From: Mustelus asterias
Lineage: Eukaryota
Reading direction: 5' to 3'
DNA length: 64,000 nucleotides
NCBI RefSeq assembly: GCF_964213995.1
Contig: NC_135804.1
Span: forward strand, 69,564,001-69,628,000
Position numbers and translations under genes: made by a program. This document shows positions 49,440-62,149 of the stretch, one piece after another. The notes beneath the pieces were generated by a model that saw only the letters and a list, made by a program, of their open reading frames with translations, ran no database searches and was not told the origin of the DNA. Each line of letters starts with the position of its first letter. Position 1 is the first letter of the stretch.

Positions 49440-50780
49440 TAGCAATAGGCTTTAACGAGGTGGAATGAGGAATGTGGAAATGCAAAAACAAAATTAAAAA
49501 CAAGTCTTTGGGTGAAAGGAAGCAGATTTTCAATGTCGAAAATGTTAGTGTTGCAGGGACAAAGCAAATCGAAATGACAGAAGGAAAGATACGAAACATC
49601 GGTACAGATCAGGTGTAAATGATAGAGTAATGAAAAATTGCCGACTTAATATAAACACGAGCGGAAGAACGTTGACATCGATACGTGCAAGGAAAAGGTT
49701 ACAAAATGTGGGGGATGTGAGGAAGAGTGGAAAGATTAGTGCATGACATTCGTGAACGTAATAATGAATCCAGAAGAATGTACAGTGCCTAATTCAAAGG
49801 TGAGATTCTGTTCTTTGACCTTGAGAAGCCCTTCACTGAGGGCACAGATATCGAAGTGAGAGAAATCTAAAGAATTAAAATGGCAGGCAACACGGTGAGC
49901 AGGGTAATGGTTGCAGATCGATATAGGTGTTTGGCAAAGTGTTTGGCCAGCCAATGTCAAGGAAATGGCATTGTGAACAGCGAATACAGTATATTAAATT
50001 ATAAGAGGTACAAATAAATCATCGCTCTCCCTGAAAGTGGTAACTGAGTCAGTCTTGAGAAGAGAGAAGTTAAAATGGAGTCTTCATACCTTCTGCATTT
50101 GCGTGGAAGAAACAATGGGAAGGGGGCAGTGTATTGAGGATGATAGAGTTGCGAATAAGGTATTTCAGAATGAAATATTCTTTCGAAAGGCCGAAAGGGG
50201 AAGGGGTAGGAAGATGTGTTTGATGGTGCCATCGTGCTTCAGCAGTAGAAAATATTGGAGAATGGTGGGTGCAAGTTAAGCACGATGGGAACAGTGGTAA
50301 TGTATGGCAGTGATAATTAGGAGAAGGCTTAAGGGAAAAGTTTGGTATCAATGTCAGAAATGATCAAGCGCCCTGTGAAGAAAGACATTCCTGTTTGTGC
50401 ATCATGGGAATAAAGAAGAAAAGGTTATTTATTTTCATTGTTGTTGTTTTTTCCAAGGCTCCCTTGACTTCATCTCATGTGGAGATTTTCCCAGCATGGC
50501 TTCACAACTCATCATCCCTCAGCTCTGAATGCATTGCTTCTCTTCCTTTCCAAAGATGTACCAGCATGACTGCCCTGTAAGGCATGTCATTTCGGGCCAT
50601 TCCTACCAAATGATCTAATTTCGTCTGATCCTAATTATACTTTTTCTCCCTGCATCCGTTTTCCTCCATGTTCCATCTGTAACTTTTCTGATGCACCCTG
50701 TCACTTTAAAATACTACAAATTCCTAGGCCTAATGGTCCCATCTTCACCATGGACATCTGATCTTTGCACATTTTAATCA
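49440..50780 (-). mobile_element. old Penelope-like fragment
   Basis: VACHFNS...EQNLTFELGTVHSSG resembles the PLE endonuclease C-terminus. Confidence 0.6.
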
Positions 50781-51199
50781 CCTTATTCACGCCTGAAAAG
50801 TGACAAAGTAATTTGTCGTCAAATAAATTTTAAGTCCAAATCAATTTGTGTTAAGGTCATGCATGTAATGTCAAGAATAACAAGGAAAAATCTGACTGCA
50901 AAGGAGAAGCACAAAAATGCCGTATTCTCATTTTAATGAAGAATATAGGTTTATTGAATATTAAGCTGTGGTTACCAGAGGAAGGTTTCAAACTAATTAT
51001 GGATTTTTCCAAAAAGTAATCTGTGTCGCTATTATGGCTAGATAACGATTCATAAGACAAAGCAATACCAATTTCTGCATTTGTCTGCTCATGCACATTG
51101 TCATGTAAAATTGTGGCGACAGAATCACAATGAAGTTGTATTGGCTCACATGAGTTTTGACACATTGATCCCTATATTTAGAAATGTTAGATGATGTTT

Positions 51200-51886
51200 C
51201 CTCTCGTCGTAGATGGTCTCTGCCGTTAGCTTTTAGATTATTCTCTGGTAACTGAACATATCCTGATCTCTGGTTCTTCAATTTAGCCATTTCTTTTTCC
51301 TGCAAGAGCCGAACAATTCTAAAGCGGCATATGTGAGATCGGTGTCTACTGTGGCGTGTTTTATCTACAAAGCAAGTGGTGGGAAATCCAATTAGCCCGT
51401 TTGCGTCTCCTATTCTCTTGCTAATCAAAGAGTCAATTACAATTCAGAATGTTGACACGAAAAGCGAAATTTCTCCTGCCCCAATGATTAGCGGTTTATT
51501 ATTGTTTCTTCTCTCCTTACATGGGCATACACTGTCACATCCTCTTGGCACTTTAGTCCCTCAGTTTTCATTGACCTGGTCAAAGGTTAATGCAACGTAA
51601 GGAGCCATCTCATTTTCTGATCTCTGAATTAATTGTAAAATGATTAATGTTATCTGGTGTCTTCATTAGCGGATTCATACTGTTGGCTGTGCATTGTACA
51701 ACGAACGGAACAAACTGTAATACTAAATCCCGAGGAGCAAACTGAAATGCTACCAGTTAAAATTGGTTTCCTTACGTCTCTCAAATTTAACTGCATGTAA
51801 TTCGTTCATTATATGTTATACTTTCTTTCCAATACACATCGTACATAGGTAAAATACATTATCGTCATGTAAGTTATCTCTTCGTG
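51200..51886 (-). pseudogene. IgSF receptor tail fragment B: degenerate TM-like exon (51886-51776), micro-exon (~51471-51437), ITIM exon (from 51364)
   Basis: TGTAG acceptor then IKHATVDTDLTYAAL (ITIM 51337-51320); SGYVQL after a frameshift; DDNVF..LHAVK exon resembles the 57717-57604 exon. Confidence 0.55.
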
Positions 51887-52059
51887 CTGTTTGGAGGGGC
51901 ATAACAAAAACTTGCATTTATAAGGTAATTTGAATGCAATTATATATTCTTAAGCACTTTACAGAAGTATTAGTAAACAAAATATGAAACTGATTACAAA
52001 TAATTATTGGGACTAAGTTAGATTGAGGCACCATCCTTAAGGACGACATCCAGACTTGG

Positions 52060-53140
52060 TTGGCAGTTGGCAAGTAGGGAAAGCAGTAGCGTGGTGGTAT
52101 TGTTGTTTTACTAGTAATCCAAGAACCCTCTTAATGGGCTGGGAACCCAAGTTCGAATCTCAAGACGATGGTGAAATTTGAATTCAATAATAATCAGCAA
52201 TTAAAAGTATTATGATGAACATGAAGCCCTGGTCAATTGTCATAAATATCGTCACTGATGTCCTTTAGAGAAGGAAATCTATTGTCATTATTTGGTTTGG
52301 TCTGCATAAGAGTCCAGACCCACAGCAATGTGATTCACTCTTAAATAGCAAGAGGGATGGGCCATAAATGCTGGCCCGGCCAACAACGTCCAAATGCCAT
52401 GAAGGAATTTTTAAAAATCGGGACACGTGCCAAATAATGACGATCTCTAACAAGGGAGCATTTAAGCATCATACCTTGACATTCAATGGCATTGCCATTG
52501 TTGAATCCCCCCACTATCAGCAACCTGGGGATTAGCATTGCCCAGAAATTGAGCTGCAGTAGACAAATAAATACTGTGACTACGAGAGTGGATCAGAGGT
52601 AAGGAATCCTGCTTGGAGGAAATCACATCCTGACTCCCAAAAGCCTGTCCAACACCTCCATAGCACCAGTCAGGACTGTCATGGAATGTTCTCCACTTAT
52701 CCGGATGAGAGCACAACAATGCTTAAATATCTCCATGCTATCTGGGAAAAAACAGCCCGCTTGATTGGCACCCCATCCACAAACAACCATCAACCATTTA
52801 CACTGGCAGCAGTATGCACCATCTACAAGATGTACTGCAGGAACTTAGCAAAGATGTTTAGGCATCACCATCAAAACCCATGACCACAATAAGTAAGAAG
52901 GAAAATATCAGCAGCTACCTGGGAACACCACCTGGATGTACCCCACCAAGTCAATCAACATAATCTTGGAAATGTATCGCGTTCCTTTCTATCACTGCAC
53001 GAAATCCTAGAACTTCCTCCTGAAGAGCACTGTGGATGTACGTACACTGCTTGCACTGCAGCGGCTCAAGAAGCAGATCACCATCACATTTTGAATGACA
53101 ATTATGAAAGGGCAATAAATGCTGGCTTGGCCAGGTATGC
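52060..53140 (+). mobile_element. old SINE plus L2/CR1-group LINE 3' fragment sharing the AATGCTGGCC tail
   Basis: tail motif at ~52365, ~53115 and ~56450; ORF remnant TARLIGTPST..AAVCTIYKM. Confidence 0.6.
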
Positions 53141-53232
53141 CCTCATAACATTAGAGAATAAAAGACAGAAATATGTTTGGAAAATTGTGGACGTTTAGGG
53201 AAGGAATTCAAGAGCACTTAATCTTAGCTGCT

Positions 53233-53973
53233 TGAAGAAGGGAAAGGGTTAATGTTTTTTTTTGTACTCTATGTATTTTGTGCCTAAAAGGTTGAACTTT
53301 GTATCTGGAATGTATCATAAACATATCGTTTACTTGTGGCTAGTCATCCCTTTTTTATATTGCTCCTGGTAGTAGCATAAGCCATTTGTTCATGTCTTTC
53401 ATCTTTTACTTTAGTATCAGCCATTTGTTCATGGTTCCCTCGCTTGTTTATATCATTCTGATAAAACAGACAGTTGAATATAGATGTTAGGGGGTAAGTC
53501 TTTCTTTCCGTAGGCTTGTCTATGATTTAAGCAGAGGAAGCAGCGACCAAATGGTAGAGTGCGAGAATGGCCGTTTGAAGGAGGACTCCCACTGGGACAG
53601 TTGCACTCAGTCACTCAGTCACTTCAAAGGAAACGCTGCGGGAAGAGCAGGGGACCAGAGGTGACACCTTGACTGCAACGACCAGAAGAATTGTGCTTTA
53701 TGACCCAAGGATACCAGATGGTTTCTAACCATGATCCAAAGACTATCAGAAGCTGTTAAAGGAACTATAATTTACGATCAAGGACTGTTAACTGGACTTT
53801 GCTTCATGACTTGTATTGGGAACCCTGATGTATAAATATCCATGCTTCTTGTGTTCAGTGAGAACTTTGGCTTCCGCTTTCAAGGGGTCAAGTTCTCCCA
53901 TAAGCTTGTGAGAATAAAGCCTGACTGTATTTTTGACTCATACCAGCCTACAGAGGTATAATTTCCGACTTCA
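53233..53973 (+). mobile_element. solo LTR (741 bp), unrelated to the other LTRs in the window
   Basis: TGAAG...CTTCA termini, 5-bp TSD CTGCT (53228-32, 53974-78), TATAAATA ~53831, AATAAA ~53913. Confidence 0.85.
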
Positions 53974-54574
53974 CTGCTGAAGAATGATCAATAATGATGA
54001 AGAGATTAAAATCAGTGATAGTCAACGGACCAGACTGGGAAGAGAGCAAATAGTTCAGAGCACTTCGGTGAAACAGGAAAAGATTACCAATACATCCGGC
54101 CGATGGTCTTGGAGGCATTTGCAAACATAAGTGAGAATTTTAAAATCGAAGTATTGCTTAACTAAGAGGTATCATAGATCTGTTTCCAAACCTTGATGGC
54201 TGAATGAGGCTCAGTGAGAATAAGATCAATAGAGCCAGATATTTGTATGATTTCAAATTTATGATTGTTGGAAAGTGGGAGGCTAGTTACAGATGTATTG
54301 GAAGTCTCCTGTTCATAAAGAAAGTGGTGTGTTTCAGAAGCAGATGGGCTGAGGCAGGTATGGAATCAATTGGTTTTGCGAAGGTCTAAACAGGCACTGT
54401 TAGCGATGATTTTGATATGTGGCTGGAAGCTCATCCTGGAGAGAAGTATGATAGCAAATGTGAAAACAGTCTGGTTCGACCACAGACAGTGGGCAGGCAG
54501 ACAGATCAATTTGGCTGCTATGGACCAAAGACTGCAGTTCAGCATGAAATCATTGACTTCATAGAATTACAGAA

Positions 54575-54747
54575 TCATGGAATTTCTACAGTGCAAAGTG
54601 AAGTCATTCGGCTAATCAAGTCTGCACCACCAAAAATCCTACCCAGGCCGTATCTCTGTAATCCCATCTATTGACCCTGCTAAACCCCTGACACTAAGAG
54701 CCAATTTAGCATGACAAAACAGCCTAACTCGCACATCTTGGGACTTT
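54575..54747 (-). mobile_element. V-SINE 3' fragment
   Basis: SINE tail. Confidence 0.7.
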
Positions 54748-54921
54748 GTTTTTTTCCCAATATTTAATGTGATTCATTGAATCCTGTATTGGAATTCGGA
54801 AAGGCAGCGTAACAGTTTAGGCCAAATAGCGAAGCCGAGAATAAGAAACAATTGTCGGGTATCCCCAGTATACTTATTCAAGCTGACGTTATATTTCTGT
54901 TGTTTGCACCAACATGCTGGT

Positions 54922-55590
54922 TTGGTCCCCGCTGGAGGTCCCTCTACGGAGGAATCTCCCCCAATTACGTCGGGGACCTGGGGTGGAGGGTGATGCATGC
55001 AGCAGTTCCGCACAACTGTAGGATTCACTGGTTCACGGGCTCCGAAGACTGACCTTTCTGCGGCCTTGTGGAGTCCGTGGACCATGTCTATGTTGTGTGT
55101 CTTAGGCTGCACTCCCTTTATGTTTTCCTGAATAACCTTTTATTGATGTTTTGCTTGCACTTGACTCCCACGCTCCTGATCTACGGACACCCGGTGCGGA
55201 GAGGGGAGGGTCGGGATGGCGACCTCCTCGTGGACCTGCTCCTGGGCCTGGCGAAACGCGCCATTTACCGGTCCAGGCAGCGGGCGATCGAGGGGGCCGG
55301 CCATCCTGACTGTCTTCCCCTCTACCGCGGCTACGTTCGCGGCCAGGTTTCCCTGGAGAGGGAGCATGCGGTGTCCACGGGTGCGGTTGACGCCTTCCGC
55401 GCCCGCTGGGCACCACAGGGGTTGGGGTGCATTATTGACCCTAATAATCACATTTTAATTTGATGTTTTTAAGTTTCCTTTGTACTTTGATTTCTGTTCG
55501 GGCTGTTCCCCCTCCTTTTTGGGGAGCTGCCCCTTTTACTTTGTCCTGATTTAATCTGAGTTTGTTTATTTGGTTTGACCTAAAAAGAGG
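54922..55590 (+). mobile_element. 5'-truncated Tx1/L1-clade LINE
   Basis: GDLGWRVMH...(C)PFCG..ESVDH....C zinc knuckle; 16-bp TSD GCACCAACATGCTGGT (54906-21, 55591-606). Confidence 0.85.
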
Positions 55591-55899
55591 GCACCAACAT
55601 GCTGGTGAGAGACGGGTGCGGATGTGGGGACGAGGCGAGATCCTTGAGGTCAACGGAGATAATGATGCAGTAGTGCCAAGAGAAGACACTTCAATTGAGT
55701 CTATAGTTATGTTTCAATCGAAACAAATTGTACCAGAGTATGTAGTGTGAAAAAGCCAGACGACGGTGAATGACCGGCATACACGTCGAGACAGATGGAC
55801 GAAGTCAGCTTAACTTTGTGACAGTCATGTCGGACGTCATGTATCACTTTGCGAAGAATATTTCCATATGATGCTGGAGAAGAAAGCTTATTGAACAGA

Positions 55900-58800
55900 T
55901 TTAAATGGAAGGATATGCACAGTAGGTCCTTTGCACAAAGGCCAAACAATGCCTGAATGTGTTTTGCCGGTGCATATGTCGGCATGTCTGTACATTAAAC
56001 TTTACGTTATTGCTACTGCCTGCATTAGAATTGTTCTACGTGCATCTGAGGGAAACATCCAGAACGATATGTGGAGCCAACAATACATTTTGGAAAGAAA
56101 AACGGAGAATTTTCTTGCCCATGTTTGAAAATGTATTTTGAAACAGTTTTCCCTTCTGAAGTAATGTGAGACATTTCAGCATCATAGATAGTTATATCTA
56201 CCAAAGCACCTCATATTTAATCTCATCGCCAATTTTATGTTAATACGGAATGAATAATAACACTTACCTGATTGGTTGGGGTGTTCTGTTCTCTCCATGG
56301 AATTCACTTCTCCTGGTCATAGTATAAAATTAAATTGTTCCCATTATCTATTTGTTAATATGCTTGCCCAATAATCCAAACCCATCCCAGGTTAGGTTTA
56401 ATAGACAGTATAATGTAATGCCCTTCTCAAGGGCAACTAGAGATAGGCAATAAATGCTGGCCAGCCAGCGACGTCCATGTCCCCCGAATGAATTTTTTAA
56501 AATGTAATGTTCTGTTAAACAAGCAAAAACTTATTAGGTAGTCCCATTACTCAAATTCCCATCTCAGGCCTTAGTCAAAGTTTTGATTTCAATTCCTGTG
56601 AAGTTCCATGTGATGAAGCGACTTTTACCAGTAATAAACTTAAAGCCTGAAGTTAGGTAATAAATCTTAGCTGATCTCCTAATGGGCATGCACTTTGTAT
56701 GAAATAGAACCATCAAATTACTCCAAACAAATATGAACTTTTTAAATTCAAAACGAGAAACTAGTTCCCACGAAGTGAAGGAAATCTCTGCCCCTCGCTG
56801 CAGCGTAACAAACTCGGAGGCAAAATTTCCAGAGTGGCTTGGTGTCATTAGGCAAAATAAACCGTATCCGTTTACAAGGGAGCAGAAATAAACTACATTT
56901 AAATTTTGGTTCTCATGGTGCTAAGGCGCCCTGACATGCTTCACTGCCGAATAAATACTTTAGAAATTTAATTTGCATTTTGATACAAGGAAATGTTGCC
57001 GCTATTTGAGCACAGAAAGCTCTCACATGCAGTGATGTGATAAATAAGCAATTAAATTGACCTGTCCTTGTCAGGTTGGAGCTAAACGTTTGAAAGGCGG
57101 CCGAGAGACTTTTCTGGCTCTCTCTCAAACAGCGCCATAGAATATTTTACATACACTTCATCCAGTAGATGAAATCTTAGTTCAGGTTATTATCTGAAAT
57201 CAATCCCTCAGTTCTGCACTCGTTTATCGTGGGTTTCCTCCGGGTGCTCCGGTTTCCTCCCACAGTCCAAAGATGTGCAGGTTAGGTTGATTGGCCATGC
57301 TAAAATTGCCCCTTAGTGTCCTGGGATGCGTAGGTTAAAGAGATTAGTGGGTAAATATCTGGGGGTAGGGCCTGGGTGGGATTGTGGTCGGTGCAGACTC
57401 GATGGGCCGAATGGCCTCCTTCTGCACTGTAGGGTTTCTATGTTTCTATGTGTTTCGTGCTCCAATTTATTAATATGAGTTTGGAGGGCAGCCAATTGGA
57501 CAAGCATATTAGCTTACTTCAATGCTTCCCGGTATGCCCTCATCTTATCAACGAAATATAAGGAGGTTCCATTGGAAATGAAATCAATTGCATTATTTCC
57601 TACCTTTACATTTTGTTACTGGATGTATCTTCCTCAAAATTATCACGCACAATAGAATCATGATTCCACCTCCTGTGGATCCATAGACTTGTGTGTACCA
57701 CAGTACATTGTCATCTCCTGTAAAATGAATATTAGAAATAAAACTTGAGGTTCTACCAGTGTTTTCATTCCCACCCTTCAGTCTCGCCTACCATCGTTTC
57801 AAAATTTCACTGTCATTGAGTTCCATTAAAAATAAAACGACTGCTAAGCATGGCATCAGACTTTAGTCTTTCTTTTCAATTTCAATTCCTAGTTCAATAT
57901 GCATAAGGCAATTTTAATACTGCAATTTTGAAAGGCCGATTTCTTCACTGCCCATGAACAATACTCAAAGAGATCATGATAGCAATTTAGCATTGAACGA
58001 ATGATACATTGCACCGTACCAAGAATGAAGTACAAAATATGTTTCCCAGATTAATTCCCAATTTTGGTTAGCCTGTTTTGCTGGTTCTACAATACAACAT
58101 GGTGACTTTTACTGCAGCCCGAATTTTATTTACAGCATTTTGTAACTTAAGTTAGATTTTCAACCTATCATTGTCAGATCAGTATTCCTGCCTACTGGTT
58201 TCTATTCCCGAACAGAGCAAATGCATTAACGTAGCCCAGATTTTAAGGAAGTAACTTTTAACATAAAACTGATTTGCTGACAGCTTTAGCTATGGTTAGT
58301 TAATAAATCCACATTATTGTTCCATTAAATATTGAAATGTCACTGATGTGTTTTGAAAAGAATGTGGAAAAATGGCGAGGATTGTCCATGATATTAGACA
58401 TCAGGTGTGCCTCAATGATAAAACTCTCGCCTCATGGGACGAAGGAAACGACTTGAAGTCCTTCTGTTGCCCATCAAAATTTGAAAATACATCAATATCC
58501 CTTCACTGGAGTTTAGTCAAAAACCTGAAAGTTTCTATCAGTACAGCATTGTGGATGGACGTTGGCGAGCTAAATTGCAACACTTCAAAAGTATGTGCAC
58601 AAAATCTTTGGAGAGAAACAGGAATAGGAAATAATTGTTGGTCTTGTCAATGACTTGCAGAAGTTAAAGCAAAATCTAGGTACGAATATTATCTTATTAT
58701 TTTTAGCCCTAAGATAAATTCTTATCAAATGAAAATATTTATTCATGAACTGCCCTTTTTCATTCGTCTGAACTTTTTTTGTAACTCCAGTGTTATTTAA

Positions 58801-59093
58801 AATAAATCGGTAGGCGACGGCCATTCGAACGCTGAGATGAGATGATTCGCATGTGTACGTAGTCGCGTTTTTAACAGGATGTGCTTCTTCCAGAGTGCTG
58901 GAAAATTCGTATGGACCCCTAATATTGAGTTGTAGGACTGTGCTTATCCCGATCCCAACATTCACGTCATTCTTATACCAAGTAATAGATATATTCCCAG
59001 GGTAAAATTCAGCTGATTTACACAGAAGAATCAGAAAAGCCGATGCATTACGTTCAATCTCACGCCAGTGAATCCGTAGTGGAGTTGGGGGAA
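55900..59093 (-). pseudogene. IgSF receptor fragment A: C1-set exon (59093-~58790), TM exon (57717-57604), 45-nt exon (56312-56268), degenerate cytoplasmic exon (from 56045)
   Basis: LLCKSAEFYPGNISITWYKN...YTCESSH is C1-set; GGGIMILLCVIILRK is the TM segment; AG acceptors and phase-1 junctions; C1 donor unclear; last exon disrupted. Confidence 0.8.
57229..57455 (+). mobile_element. V-SINE 3' half
   Basis: GTGGGTTTCCTCCGGGTGCTCC... plus CR1-type tail. Confidence 0.85.
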
Positions 59094-60465
59094 CTGTGGA
59101 ACAAGTTACAAAAGAGAGGAAAACTCGATGATGAAAACTCGATGCTGGATCAGCATCGATGCGAAATGAATACTTTGTACGGAGCAAATGAGAGGTTCAT
59201 TTAGATAAGCATTTGACTTTTATGGACTGTGTGACTAACAGACCATGCTGATCTTACAAACCACAACAAATTAAAGATATATGCCATTGATTACCGGATT
59301 GAAATTTATAGTGAGACACTAGATGAGCTAAAGAATAATATCGTCATTAGTGATGGAACATCTATAAATGCAAGATAAAACAGGATGGAAGAATTTGAAA
59401 TTATTTTATCAAATAAATAATTTCAACATGATACACGAAACATATAAAACATTCAATCTCAAATGTGGTGTGAAATTCTTCATATATTACAGGGCTACAT
59501 TTTTTGAGTGAAATAAAGATTGAATCATGATGAATTTGCTGAAATGCTGTTCACAACAGCACACCGCACACCAGACATCTGAATTTGATATTTTTAAGAA
59601 ATGTGCAGGTAAAAGATGTAACAAATTCAAATTCAGATACAGCGCTGAATTAAGGGTAAACGGGAGGCTAATTTGAAAATGCAGTGAAGAATCGTTACTT
59701 CTATAGGTCACATGGAATGCATCTATTCAGCACCGTGATTGATGCTCTTGCGGGACGATTTGCGAGTGCTATTGGGAAATGTTAAAATTAACTTACTGAA
59801 GTTGTGGGAACAAGGAGGAATTTTCACAGTTGAATGCTGAGGTGATAAAGAGAAGTAGAGAAGAAATGATGAGTAAGAGAGAAAATAAGAGTCTAAGTAC
59901 TGACTAATGTGCATGAATCTAAGTATGCTGAGCACAGTTCATAAAATTAGTAAATTGCAGGTGCAGGTTGCTGTTGTGGCCATAACAGAGACCTGACACA
60001 AAGGGAATGGTTTGGTGTTACGTATTTAGTACAACTGTTCGGGGATAATATGAAAGAAAGGGGAAGCGTGATGGTATTGATTAAGCAAAATATTGCAATC
60101 CTGGAGGATATCATAAAGTGGTTAAGTGAATAATTTATTTTGCTCGAGCTAAAGGCGGTGCAAGTATATTTTTCGATGTAACCCAGAGGACACCAACGAG
60201 TTGACGGTATGTAGAGGTACAAAATTGTGAAGAAATCAAAGTTATGTGCAAGAATTAAATAGCAGTTTATAATGAGGGAGTTCAATTATCGGAATATAAA
60301 CTGGAATAGAGTTAGTACAAAGGGGCAAGAGGGGCAACAGTCCATAGAGTGTGTTGAGGGCAATTTTCTGCAACAGTATGTTTCCATTCCTATGATAGTA
60401 GCGGGATGTGGGAACTTCCTTTGTAAATGAGGTGGAACAAGAGGATCAAATATCAGTCAAAGAAT

Positions 60466-60668
60466 ATAGAATCATAGAATCATAGAAACCCTACAGTACA
60501 GAAAGAGGCCATTCGGCTCATCGAGTCTGCACCGACCATAATCCCACCCAGGCCCTACCCCCATATCCCTACATATTTTACCCACTAATCCCTCTAACCT
60601 ACGCATCTCAGGACACTGGGCATTTTTTAGCATAGCCAATCAACCTAACCCGCACATCTTTGGACTGT
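60466..60668 (-). mobile_element. V-SINE 3' fragment
   Basis: (TTCTATGA)n tail and body. Confidence 0.85.
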
Positions 60669-61749
60669 TGTGGAAGTTTTTGTTTTATCATAAGTGTAAC
60701 CCCGTGCTGACAACTATATGCTCTGACCAGCTGAGTTAAGTAAAGCTATACCTGGGATGTGCTTGATGTTATAGGGGGCTACTATGTAAATGTTCAATTA
60801 ACCGGATCCTGAGTTTTTAGAGTTGGTGTTGAGCGAGGCTAAATTTCCTATTTACCAATAAATGTCAGTACAGGAGTGAATGAAAAGGATTAGTGTATGC
60901 AGTTGCAATCTAGAGTAATAACCTATTAATAATAGCCTGGTGCCTCCTAAACTGGTAAGTATGTAACCCTTATAATAAGAAAAGGTTCCGGACAACCATG
61001 CAAAAGGAATAACAAAAATAAATTTATTTTCTTGCATTGTTGCGTCTCATAAAACAGGTAAAGAGTCCCAAACTAAAGATTTTTCAATTAGTTTCAACCC
61101 TGAGAAATGTTCAAAATATTACCAAGCGCTTGGATTATAAACATTGGGGCCCATGCGTTGGTGCACATATGAAGAAAACACGCCCTCAACAACACACTGC
61201 TGATACCGTTCAGTGTCTGATGGTATCGTCTCCAGTTACTCACGCAACCACGACACACACAGTCCAGAAGGGTCTGCGAGCGGGAAGATGATGCAGCAGG
61301 AAAACAAAATGCAGCAAGCTGTCTGTGGAGTGGCACAGGTCCAGTGCGCTGAAGTCTGTCCTCCTTGGCAGTGCTACTTAGCAAGTTAGCTTCAGCTAAT
61401 CCTCATTCTCTCCGTCTTCTCAGTGAAAACTACGCCCAGCGTTTATAGCTGACTGTCCCTCACCGGCGGTTTCCAGCATAAACGTCGACGCTTGAGAGTA
61501 CAAGCTTTACACTTTTACTCAACAGTAATGAAAATAACAAACAGGACTAAATCTTGCTGCCTTTCACTTCAAACTGGAAAAAAAACGAGTTACTAAACTG
61601 CGATAACCACGAGCTTTAACTGCACAGCAATATGTGTGCCATACTGTGAAGTATATTAGTCTACAAATATTATTTGCCTCGACGTTAAAACTGGGTTTTT
61701 ACCGCATGGAAACAGCTCCTCTTTCCCAGTCTGCCCACTCCGGCTTCCT

Positions 61750-61835
61750 CTGCCTCCCGCCGTTTTTCTTTTTCCCTCCCCCAAGTAATCTGATTGGCTT
61801 AAAGTGCAGCTCTCTAGAAAACGGATTGGCTTAGT
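61750..61835 (-). promoter_or_regulatory. promoter-like patch: two NF-Y CCAAT boxes 32 bp apart plus a GC box-like motif
   Basis: ATTGG at 61793-97 and 61825-29 (AGCCAATC on minus); GGCGGGAGG ~61753-61. Confidence 0.45.
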
Positions 61836-62149
61836 TTACATCACTCAAACGAACAGTCTCTGTTCACGGTACTTGGCCCAGTAAACAGGATATTGAAACT
61901 CACAAGAAAACAAAGAACAATGGTAAATGTCTTTTTCATTAAATGTACCCACATTTCAAGAAAACACACTCTTTTCATTTTTCTTTCATTTATCCTTTTT
62001 TTCAGGCCCCTACATAAGGTTTAGATTGGCAATTGAAAAAAGAAAATAACAATTTAAATTAAGATTAATTAACTGTCAGAAATCTGACGTCAATGGAAAA
62101 GAATTAATCTGGACAAAATAAAGTGGATCAAAGCTTGCCAGGAAAGAAA

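Noticed and set aside
58740-59093. C1 exon as a TCR/Ig light chain constant region
   Set aside because: No RSS or J segments seen; followed by an uncharged TM exon and cytoplasmic exons, which fits a non-rearranging receptor
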